DNA from: Antedon mediterranea
Taxonomy: Eukaryota > Animalia > Echinodermata
Reading direction: 5' to 3'
DNA length: 64,000 nucleotides
NCBI RefSeq assembly: GCF_964355755.1
Contig: NC_092672.1
Span: 29,518,437 to 29,582,436 of the forward strand
Below, piece by piece: positions 1 through 11,490 of the stretch (its first letter is position 1; each line of letters starts with the position of its first letter). Position numbers and translations under genes: made by a program. Below the pieces are notes generated by a model. It was given only the letters and a program-made list of their open reading frames with translations. It searched no databases and had not been told where the DNA came from.

Positions 1-390
1 AGATCTATTAAAGGGACACCTACACTTTGTTGGGTCCTGGAGTTGTCCCCTGATTAGATCTATTAAAGGGACACCTACACTTTGTTGGGTCCTGGAGGTG
101 TCCCCTCAATAGATCTATTAAAGGGACACCTACACTTTGTTGGGTCCTGGAGGTGTCCCCTCAATAGATCTATTAAAGGGACACCTATACTTTGTTGGGT
201 CCTGGAGGTGTCCCTTCAATAGGTCTATTAAAGGGACACCTACACTTTGTTAGGTCCTGGAGGTGTCCCCTCAATAGATCTATTAAAGGGACACCTACAC
301 TTTGTTGGGTCCTGGAGGTGTCCCCTCAATAGATCTATTAATGGGACACCTACAATTTGTTGGGTCCTGGAGGTTTCCCTTCAATAGAGA
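1..390. repeat. 55-bp tandem repeat, about 7 copies, truncated by the window edge; probably the amplified interior of a TIR-type MITE
   Basis: Unit agatctattaaagggacacctacactttgttgggtcctggaggtgtcccctcaat starts at 1, 56, 111, 166, 221, 276 and 331. Each unit holds a gggacacc/ggtgtccc inverted pair, and unit junctions form the palindrome aatagatctatt. Related single motifs lie near 1955-2005, 6875-6930 and 18715-18855. Confidence 0.9.
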
Positions 391-2104
391 TTCTACAGTG
401 CTTTAAATTCCCTCTCATAAATATACACTACTATGTAAACCTTTGCAAATACAATGACAATTTATTGCGAGTTTTGATTATTTTTACAGTAACAGTAAGC
501 ATGCAGTTTGTTATATTCACTTTGTTAACAGTCAGTAAATTAAGTATGTTTGCCTTTTGAAGTATTTTTATATTGAATGCATTTCTTTCGTATTTCTCGT
601 ACATCTTCATAAATCCAATGCAGATATAATTCACCGTTGATTTTAAAAGTGTGTCACTTGCCTAAACACCCTACATCTAACAATGAAGTTCTGCGGTTTT
701 TACCAATCTTAAAAGAACACATACAAGAATTGTATTGTAAACAGAAAAACATACAATAACACAATGAGTAACTTAGGGGGTTCGAGTACAATATATACAA
801 TCAGACAATAAATAACTTAAGGGTTTGACTACAACCAACATGCTTAGAATAAATACTGAGTAAAAGATCTATTATAGCCTAGGCTTGTGTTTCTCCCAGG
901 AGAGAAGTTCAGGCTAGCCCTGAGGTGATACTTGACTTGATGGTGCCTGATGCACTGGGTGAAAAGCTGCAGTACAACATCTAGGCTTATCCTACCCTAG
1001 GGGGATGCATTGCAACTATTTGTAAATTGCATTAATGTAATACAAAAATATCTCTAGTCTTTTTGTTATACTGTATCATGGCACCGAAGTTTAGTACTGT
1101 CTGTAAATAAAGTTGAGATGAATTGTTAAGCTTAGTTTTTTAAATAGCATTTGAATAAAACCAAAACTATACTGTAAGTAAAGTTTAATATCAACTTTGA
1201 AAAAGAAACCATCAATAGATGCAACATAATGGTGGTTGTTTGGTTGCCAAATAGAACTACATGCACACTGGTGTTTATACTGTATATAGTTCAAGGGAAG
1301 ATCTGTTTGATTTTTAAAGAAGGGACTCTTTTTGCCCAGAAATGATTTGTCACAAAAACACCCATCACATTTCTTTGTCACATAAAGTTTGGAAGAGCTT
1401 AACACATCATCCATAGTCTTTGTTTTGAAGCACCACAGTACTGACCTAGGTTTTGAAGAAAACCATTTGGGAGATTTTTCATGCCATTAAAACTATAAAT
1501 GCAGGACCTTTTGTTTTGTATCATTTTCTCCCATAAAAAATCAGCTAATTGTTGATCGATATGAAAGTGATTAGACACCTACTATAGCCATACAGTAGTT
1601 TTCTAAACCTATATATTTATTTTCCTATCCAATTTTATTCTCCATCTGAAATCGTTCTCTAATGGATCCTCTAAACAGATGATAGCCAAAGGGATGAACA
1701 ACTTATGTTTTCTTTAAGTTAAGTCTGGTTGAGTGACATGTGACAGTCTCAGGCCATGTGACATGCATCTCGGAGGTCACATATAGTTACACTATTTCAA
1801 GAATGTTTATATTACATGATATGATAGTTAAATCTATAGAATTATGATTATAATATTATTTAATTTTCCTCTTGAAATATATATAGTACAGTATAATGTT
1901 TCTGTTTTAAACTGATTGGTTTAAGAAACGCCGTGACCAAAATTAAATAACATTGGGACACCCCTATTAATGGAACACTGTTTAGGTTTCGAAGGTGTCC
2001 CCTTGATGGCAAGTTAAATACTATACTTGCATCTGACGTAGTATTTATGAGGATGTTATAAATTATTATCTTGTTTTGAAGAGGATTTATATTTTATTTT
2101 TCAG

Positions 2105-5100
2105 ATTTAGTAGCACAACAGCAGAGAGCAGTCGGCGGCTAATGGGAAAACGGACCAAGAGGAGGGTCAGGCCAAAAAGACGTCCACAGAAAAATATCCA
2201 CAGGGTAAATATAAACTATTCCTTAATTTTAGTAATAATATTAATAATTAATAATAATAAAAAATTCTTCTCTTTTCTTTTCTCTCTTTTTCAATCATAA
2301 ACAGACTTAAATTAGTACTAGTGTTTAGTTTAGTACTGTAGGTTATTTGTGTGAAGGTAGGTTTAGTTTAGTTTTAGTATTAAGGTAGTTTAGTTTAGTA
2401 AAGTATTTAGTTTATTCATTTAGTGTTTAGTTAATAGTTTTTAGTATTTTTAATGTTTAATTTAATTAGTATGTTTTCAGAACATCTCCTTTTTTTTTCA
2501 TGTATCTTTGAGTTCGTTTACAAAAAGGACACGCGTCAACATTTTATTGTCTACTGCAATTTGTTCATTACGCCTCAAACGTTTTCTGCTGTTTTAAAAC
2601 TATAACAATTTTGAAACAAAAATTATCACTGTATATCATATCATAATGTATCATAACTTAATACTTAATTTTAGGTCGCTGAAAGTACATTATTAAAATT
2701 TATAGCCATTACAATGCTAACATAAATGTTATGTTGTAATGGTATGCGGTTGGAGTTAATAAATCACATGATTCTGAACAAGAATTATCACATGTTGTAG
2801 TAATGTTTATAGTGTCGTTCCTATCTGAATGTCATACACGACAAGTATTTCAAATATACTGTTCGGTTATCCCTACATTTTGAACAGTATCCCTTCCAAA
2901 TACAGTGTTTTAAAGACAAATACTCAAGAAGTGTGGTAAAGTCTTGGAATAGTCTTTAGAATACTATTTAAGTGAAAGATTTTGATCTAGACTGATGTGA
3001 TTGGACAGTATCTGAAGGCTAATTTGCATAGTTTTTATCTGAAAATCCAGGTGGTGTTATCTATTGGTATTGTATCCAGGATCGAGAGTGAATTCTGGTT
3101 TCTGTAAAAATAGGTTTTATTTTATAGAATTCTTGATTGGAGGTAATTGTTCTAGACGGTGGTGGGCAGGACACCAATCTTCCTACCAGTGACTACCCTA
3201 GAAGCCTACAATAACATTTTGACTGATAGACTAGAAATAAATTATATTGTAATTAGTTTTATTAATTTAAAAAAAACTTTATTTCATCTTTTTAATAATG
3301 TGAAGTCTCTCCTCCTCCTATTCTTCATTCATTCCAACTTTCATCCATTTTGAATCTTTCTTTGCCATCATTTGTTTTATTTGTGTGTATTGATCCTTTA
3401 TTAATGTATCTTCATTCATTAATTTATTTTCTGTTTTTTCTACTCATCCATTTATTTACATTTCATCCATTTATTTGTCCATCTCTCAATATTCATTCAT
3501 TTTTCTACTCATTTATTTATTTACCTTTCATCTATTCATCCTCGATCTATCTGCAATCATTCTGCAATCATTCACCCATCCACTCACCTATAATGGACTC
3601 CATCCATCTTAGCTGCTTGTATTCTGCTGTAAGGAAGTCGCGGCTATAATAACTACACCGTGTTGTATTAGCAAGAGCTAGGCGGTATTAATAGCGCAAT
3701 TTAATGTCGAAAACATGCATTAGTCGACTTTACTTGTCCACTAATATGTATCTTTATCATCCTCCCACAGGCATCATCGTTCAGTAGTATTACGGATTCT
3801 ACGATGTCTCTAAATATCATTACGGTCACGTTAAATCTCGGTATGTATGTATGTTGGCTAAGTAAAACTAAAAATATTTTAGTACTCAACTGAACATTTG
3901 TGCTTTTTTATAGTAAATTTATTTTGTTGTAGATTTTTAAATAGTATTCAAGGTTTCAATGTTTTTGATGTAAAAATATTTTTGTCTGTGGATGTGCTTT
4001 CCAATACTTATAATGTCGGAATAATGTGTTTTTAACCAACTCCAAAAGACTTAAGAATCTTGTGTGATGTTTGTCCATAGAGATCACTATAATCTCTCTC
4101 CTAATTTCCAAATATTATAAAACAGTTATTCAAATTTGTATTGACAATTTTTAAACATTACAACAAAATATTTATTGTAATATTTTTTTTCAATTTTTTC
4201 CCCAGATAAGATCAATTTTCTTGGTATCAGCATAGTTGGTCAGAGTAACAAGGGTGGAGATGGTGGAATATATGTAGGGTCTATAATGAAAGGGTAAGTA
4301 CCAATAGACATCAAAAAGAAAAGTACAAATTGTTGCAAAGGATAAAGTACCAATAGACATCTTAGATAAAAATACCAATTGACTTAAAGCCTAAAAGTTT
4401 GAATAGTCATAAAAGATAAAGTGTACAACTATAGTTATAAAGTATAAAAGTATCAATAGTCATAGTAGGTAAAAGTGACAATAGTAAATGTACTCTTTTG
4501 AGACAACCTTTGCTTGTTTTTGTCAAATAAATGCCATTTTATACCCAGGAAGGCAAAATGTGTTGTCAAAAATTAGCATTCTTCTCCATTTTTTCTTTTA
4601 GTGGTGCAGTTGCTGCAGATGGGAAAATAGAACCAGGTGACATGATATTACAGGTAAGTATCACAATGCAAATATTGCAAATATTGCCTATCCCTAATTA
4701 TAGCTTGTTTTAGTGTAAGCAAAATATTTTTTGTTTTCTTCTTTCCTTTGTCTCCCTTAATGTTATAATAAATAAAACCAAAACAGCATTCTACAGTAGT
4801 TTTTCCTACTACAGTATGGCACTATTTATATAGTAAATTATTCTAGGTCCGGGCAACAACCGGCGAAACATAGATTTACATAGTTTGGTCGTTGGAAATC
4901 AAACACTCCCTATGTAGTGTGCACTTGATTTCGTGTTGTGGTTCAAATCCATAATATGGCATCAATGAAACATTTACTTTTTATACAAGAAATATGTATT
5001 TCTGTATAAATAATGCAGATTATGATTATGTGTGTGGTTTAACAATATTTTCTTAATAGGTAAATGAAGTTAGTTTTGAAAATCTGAGTAACGATGATGC

Positions 5101-8100
5101 TGTACGCGTTTTACGAGAAACCGTGCATAAACCCGGGTAAGTGATTGCGCCATAAATTTACTATTGCAAACATTATTTAAATTTTTCCCACAATCCTATA
5201 TTCTTCACAGGTCAACGAACATAGCTTTGAAAATTTGAGTAATGACGATGCGGTACGAGTGTTACGGGAAGCGGTCCAAAAACCTGGGTGAGTCGGCCAA
5301 AGCAGTCAACTGTGACATGGCCAAGTTGATGTCGGTCTGCTCGTATCTCCCCTTGATGTATAATTTCTAACCATTTAATTTTTATTTTTGTTTTATTTTG
5401 TAAATGTTTTTGTTTCTTGTTGAAACTTGTTGACTGCTTTTTAAGGCTCAAGTCTCTAGGAGCTTGTTTCTGCTGCATAGCACAGAAAAGTGTTTATTTC
5501 TAAAATGTTTAGGACTACCGTATTTCTGCTAAATTTCTGCTCCCAAATAACCGTTAACCATCTTTTTTTTCAAACAATTGCTGAAAACCCATCTCTGTCG
5601 AATTGCATATGAAATGACGTAATTTCCACCTTGTTTCGATCGAGCCTTGTGGTCGTAGCGCTTTAGAGAAAATTTTATTTTCGTTAGGCACTATACAAAA
5701 GACAATTATTATTATTATTACCCAATATGCAATGCCATCATACTGCTACTGTTAATCTGATAACCCGTATTTCGTGTTACAACTAAAAGTTGCACAGCGA
5801 TAACACGTTAAATACCATTCTAACTCCCAAATTTTATGTTCACCATTTAACCGGTTTTTAAAATTTTTTTTTTCTTTCTGCTACCAAGAAATTGAAGTTA
5901 AATTTATTTATACGGTTAATAATGGGTTATTTTTTCGCAGCAGAAACAGGACCTAGCAGTCAGCATTTGTTGTAACAATAGTAATAACCATTTGTATTGT
6001 ATTTTTTTTTTCAGTCAAAGCACATTTATCTTTTTTTGCACAACTGTTGTATTCAGCACATTATTAATGCATTTCTGTTTTTAAAATAATGTTTTTAATT
6101 TTGTTGAATGTTAAGTTGTATATTAATAACCATACCTGTAATGTGTTATGTTAACCAATATTATTTGTGTCATTGTTATTAACTGTACTTTATTTTGCTG
6201 ATCGGAAAACTTTCTGTCGTTTTTGTGTCATCCGTGAAACGTATTTATTTTATATCAATTTTTTCAACAATAAATAACTTTGTAACCTCTTGCATTCAAA
6301 AGAAATTAATAGGTCTAATTCAGTTTTCTGTCTTTTATGGGAAAAAATACAAAAAGAGAGAAGATAATAAAACTCAAATTAAATGTTCTTTTCACATTTT
6401 CACAAGAACAGTAAACATAAAGTGGTTTTACTGATGTTTGAGTTTGTATCATATTTAAATGTGCATATGAAAATTATTTGCTTGTCCTAAATTAACTCAA
6501 CTCTGATTAATGAAAGTTAAGATTAGGATGTACATTGTATACATTTAAAAGGATTAATTTTTTTAAATATCAGTTTTTTTTAATGGTTTTTTTTATCAGT
6601 AATGTGTCAAATGAGTGTGGATGGTGGTTGTGTTGCATTAAGTTTATTTTTTTTTAAGCATGAAAAATGTAATCAACATATTTGTCATTAATACTCTACC
6701 TTCTTTAATATCTTTCTTTTCTTTTCTAAACTGTTGTTCTTTTTGTCCGACAATTACAGTAATACAATTAATAAATTGATGTTATAAATGTTACAGTATT
6801 TTATTTTGTTGAAAATCACAATTGTAATTGTATAAAACCACATTTTCATTGTCTTTTAGTTAATTTGTAATACTAGACACTTTTGGGACCCAACAAAGTG
6901 TCCCATTTTTTATAACAGTCTCTCCTTAATAGGGTTGGCCGTAATGGGAAAGAGTTCACATAATACGGCGGTCTCTTAAAAGCTATCTACACCATCAAAT
7001 TAGAATGACAAAAAAGGGTGATGTGGCCAAATATGGTAGTGATATGACATCATGTCCATATATGGGCACATCACATTTTTTGTTGTCACATAAAGTTGGA
7101 TAGTGTAGACAGAGCTTTAAGTAGGGGTTCTACTGTAGCTAAGTATGAGTGACATATGTTTATAATGATCTAGTCTTATGTTAATCCTGATGTAATTATG
7201 AAAATGATTTCTACTTCTTATTTAGACCTATACGACTCGTTGTAGCTAAGTGTTGGGACCCTACACCAAAGGGTTACTTTACAATACCAAGAAGTAAGTA
7301 TAAGAATTTTGTTGGCGGGATTTGTTTAAATAAAAATAAATAAAATATAATAATAATAATAAGACCGGCACAGGAACCTAATCGCAATTAAATAGGCACA
7401 GGTTCAACCATAGTTCTTGTGGTAGAAGTTTTCTCGGACAAGGACTCAAAACGAGGTAAAATTCATCATTAGAATTTTTGTGAAAAATTTTATCTAATTG
7501 CATTTTTAAACTATATAAATTACACCCATTATTTTCTTTTACTTTTACTGTAGGTGAACCGGTACGGCCAATAGATCCCGGTGCGTGGGTGGCACATACA
7601 AATGCCATGAAAGGTAAGCTATTGAGTTAGGCTAAGCTAACTGATGAGAGCTAGGCTAAGCTAGCCGATGAGAGTTAAGCTAAGTCAACTGGTGAGAGCT
7701 AAGCTTAGCTAGTTAGCTAGGCTAATCTAGCCATTGGTCTAGGCTATGCTAGCTGATAAGAGCTTGGCTAAGCTAGCAAGTGAGAGCTAGGTTAAGCTAG
7801 CCGATGAGAGCTAAGCTAAGCCAACTGGTGAGAGCTAAGCTAGTTAGTTAGCTAGGCTAATCTAGCCATTGATTTAGGCTATGCAACTGGTGAGAGCAAA
7901 GCTAGCTGGTGAGAGCTAGGCTAAGCCAACTGGTGAGAGCAAAGCTAGCTGGTGAGCTAGGCTAAAACACAAAACTATTTCTAAAAGTAGATGCAACAAA
8001 ATGAGATGTAGATTTACACATTTACTATTATTTCATATTACTGTGTTCCTTACAATTTTTTTCTTACTATGTATTTCAGAATATGCAGCTGCAGCTTCAA

Positions 8101-11100
8101 GAGGGGGTCCTATCAGTCCCTCAATGACCTCCATGACCTCTGCTACTTCTTCAATTACTAGCTCCATTCCAGAGTCAGATCGTAAGTGACATTTTTTTAT
8201 GCATCTAATTACAATTTTCACACCCTGATATGATATATCTATTAGTGTTAAAGAAATCCTGATTTATTATTATCTATTACAGATGTTTTTCAATAAATTA
8301 TGACTTAATATTAACAGGGCACCTAAATTGATTTGTGATTTCATTATTTATGACAAAAATAATTGGTTATGGTTAGTTCCTTATAAGCTGGAAGAAATGT
8401 CAATAGGAAATTTATGAAGTGATCTTTTGATCTACCTAGTATGTGCATTGTTTATAGGACATGTTAACACATTTTATTGATGATAAAATTAATACATTTA
8501 AACATAGAAAAGGTTATTGGGTTCATTGAGATCAAATGTATTTTAACATGTTTATCAATTTATATTTGTTGTTGTGCAAAAAGGTATGCAACTTTATTGA
8601 ACAATTTTAAATACACTAATCAGAATAATTTTGAAAATACAGATGTCAGATTGTATGAACATTTTTTAAAGTTATTTTTTTTTTTTTTTAAGTTAGATTG
8701 AAATAAATTGAAATTGTTATTTTTCCCAAACATAGCATACAAAAAATGGGTTCTGATTTATTCAGTCTTGCTAAAAATAAGTCTGGTATTCAGAGAGTGT
8801 TATTAATGTGAGAAAAAGAATGTTGGACCTTTTGGACCTAAAAAAATCTCTAGTTTTCCCATTTTTATAGAGCACGTCTGTATTTATTTATACTACCTTG
8901 TGTGTGTGTTACTAATAACAATTTTTTTTTCATTTTTGTTTAAAGTTTGTTTTTCAAAAGGCTACAACGATATCGGACCATTAACTATCAACACACCGAT
9001 GCTGTCCATAGTACGTGCAATGGCTGCGCCAGATTCGGGCTTAGATATCCGAGATCGTATGTGGTTGAAAATCAAGATACCAAGTGCATTTATAGGTTAG
9101 TATTATTAATTAATGTTTTTGAGTGCAATGGTGCAAATAATTTTGTAAAGTTTATTAAAAAGCTTAATATGACATATTTCATCTTTCGCCAATGTAAATT
9201 TAAAATGTTCATTATTTGTTTTATAACACACCTACTGTAAATTATTTCAACGAAAAAACATATTCCTAGGCTTAGAAAGCCTCAATAAAGTGTTACCAAA
9301 AAAGAATAGGAGTAGAAAATGAAACTTAACTAAATCAAAAATATTTAACATTCATTAGATAGTTAATAAGTTTGCTCCTATGGAATTTATATCTTAATTT
9401 TTCTATTGATAGGCCTCCTGAACTAAAAATCTGTTTGGCTTTTTTATATTTTTTTATTTAGAAAGTATTTTTATGTTTTACTATGTGCATTGTCTTTTGG
9501 AGACTCGGCCCTAAAGCTCTTTTTGGTTTTTTTGAGATTCCACATAAACAATGATTTTTTCCTTTACTTTATGTGGAACAATAAAATGAGTGAATGAAAT
9601 CATGAAGAATTCATAGTTAATTAGTCACCTTTTTTGATTCACAGGTTCCGATGTCGTAGAATGGTTGTTTAACCATGTAGAAGGGTTCCAAGACAGGAGG
9701 GACGCACGTAAATACGCCACCAATATGCTAAAGATGAATTATATAAAACACACAGTTAACAAGATTACATTCTCAGAACAGTGTTATTACGTTTTTGGTG
9801 ATTTATGCTCAAGTAAGTATAATTTGATTTGATTTCGATATTATTTATACCAAATTGAAATTAATATGTAGAGGATAGGGTCTTGGTTGTGATTCCCATT
9901 TGAGAATTTGTTTTCTTGTCCAGCTCATATTTTTACCCATTAATGATTGCTAATAAGATGAACGCGAGTCCTGTGTTCATTTTGTACTAAGCCTCGGCGT
10001 TATGTGGAAGGGTGGCCAATTACTTTCCACGCTGCCTTGTCCTCCCTAGCAAGTTCACCTAGGTACTCGCTTACAGAGCGGACAGTGGGTCTTTCTGTAT
10101 GATAGTCAAAATGCCCTAACCACTCTGCTACTAATCACTAAATAAATAAGGTAATCTGTTTAGATCTATTGATTAGACCACCATTGTTCATGTTTCAATA
10201 TTGTTTGACAAAATAAAGTAGACGTATATATAATATATAATTTAGGACAAAAAACATATATTTAAATATAATATTGCATTCTCTTGTAGATATGGCAGCA
10301 CTATCATTAGGTGACGAGCACTCGGAAGCTGACCAAGATGTGCTTGCCCCCTTGCCTGGCGCACCACCCCACTGGGTACCCATGGCACCCGCACCTCCTC
10401 TCCCCTACCCAGCATCTCAAATGAGTTATAACAGCCAGCCACCTTGCTATCAACAAGTTGCCGGCGGTTACGCATCATTCGACACGGCCAGTTATACAAG
10501 TTTTGGCAATGGCAGTATAGGCAGTGCTGGAAGTGGAGGTAAAGATGAATCTTTTGTTTCTACCATAAAATGATTCTCCTGCAGTTACTGCAGTAACGAC
10601 ATTTTGTTTACTCTTTACCTTTACCTGAAATTATTATTTAGTCATCTTTTTTTATGATACACAGTGTTTATTGTAGTGATTGCCTCAAACTAAAATCATA
10701 CATTATTGCAAGTAATATTAATTAATTATCATTAAGTCATCTTTTTTTATGATACACAGTGTCTATTGTAGTGATTGCCTCAAACTAAAAGTAATATAAA
10801 TTAATAATTGTTAATTGCAGTATATAATTTTAACATGATCCCTTGATAAACCTACCATATTTTGCCCTTTCAAACACGGTTGAAGGCAACATGAGTATTA
10901 AAAACAAATGGAAGATCCGCAGTTGAACATAGTGACTTCACACAATTCACCGCCTAATAAAGGCACACTATTGTTGTGTAGATGCTTTAGTATATTGGAC
11001 ACTGGCTACAATAATCATATGTGAATACTTAATTTAGACATGTTGCTTAGTTAATACTATTAGTATTAGTTAGCTTAGTTTATACAAAAAAGGTAGATGA

Positions 11101-11490
11101 TGAGTTGAATTATTTTTTCTATTCTATTTAGTATTTCTCAATTACAATAAGATTGAAATTATTTTCTCTCCATGTTTGATTTCGTAAGATAACTTTCTGA
11201 ACTGTTTTATTTTAAACTTTTTAGGAAGCAGCGGTTCAGGAAAGAGCCAAGAGAAGAGTAAATCTCACAGCAAAGGCAGCGAGAGTGGAAGTGAGTCAGA
11301 CTTAACCATCAACGCAAGCCGTCCCGGAAGCATGCAAGGTGGAATGCAAGGCGAGAACATCCCAGTACAAGTACCCGTTCCACCGTTACCGCGACAGCTA
11401 GGTCAAATGCCAGCCGATCTATCAGGCAGTAGGCAGTCCTTCCGTATGGCTATGGGAAATCCATGCGAGTTCTTCGTAGATGTAATGTGA
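2105..11490 (+). CDS. DVL: Dishevelled (Wnt pathway scaffold), 5'-partial; DIX-domain exons lie upstream of the window
   Basis: GT-AG exons in consistent phase: 2105-2204 (RFSSTT...[10 protein letters not shown]), 3771-3840 ([23 protein letters not shown]), 4206-4293 ([30 protein letters not shown]), 4602-4653 ([17 protein letters not shown]), 5060-5136 OR 5211-5287, 7226-7293 ([22 protein letters not shown]), 7554-7613 ([16 protein letters not shown]), 8080-8181, 8961-9095 ([21 protein letters not shown]), 9645-9812 (DEP: GSDVVEWL...[18 protein letters not shown]), 10290-10538, 11225-11490 ([20 protein letters not shown]). These are diagnostic Dvl motifs. Confidence 0.98.
5060..5136 (+). CDS. 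DVL: Dishevelled PDZ exon, variant A ([26 protein letters not shown])
   Basis: Acceptor tcttaatag, donor gtaagt; 77 nt, phase 0 to 2; fits between exons 4602-4653 and 7226-7293. Confidence 0.93.
5211..5287 (+). CDS. DVL: Dishevelled PDZ exon, variant B ([26 protein letters not shown])
   Basis: Acceptor ttcttcacag, donor gtgagt; same length and phases as variant A; open reading frame. Confidence 0.93.
6981..7116. mobile_element. Palindromic Harbinger/Tourist-like MITE, family 1 (TIR agctctgtctacact)
   Basis: Ends ...gatagtgtagacagagct followed by tta. Same family at 35891-36064 and 63863-63905, with a remnant near 1346-1400. Confidence 0.65.
7617..7965. repeat. Degenerate minisatellite (about 25-bp unit, gctaggctaagctagccgatgagag) in a dvl intron
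   Basis: Repeated gctaggctaagcta and ggtgagagc motifs starting right after the donor at 7614. Confidence 0.8.
9920..10131 (-). mobile_element. Possible tRNA-derived SINE remnant
   Basis: Minus strand begins gtagcagagtggttagggc (A-box-like tRNA head), followed by aagcgagtacctag...aaggcagcg...ggccaccct, which resembles recalled conserved SINE central domains. No B box seen. Confidence 0.4.

Noticed and set aside
1-390. CRISPR-like appearance of regularly spaced palindromic repeats
   Set aside because: Units are contiguous and near-identical with no unique spacers; the context is eukaryotic and there are no cas genes.
3613-3628. Possible dvl microexon (ag-ctgcttgtattctgct-gtaagg)
   Set aside because: 16 nt would shift the frame, and the flanking exons already join into the canonical Dvl sequence (...IHR-ASSFSS).
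10638-10790. Short local direct duplications (about 55 bp here; also about 137-bp period at 41010-41270, and 27394/27726)
   Set aside because: Ordinary local tandem duplications in intron, UTR or spacer DNA with no further structure.
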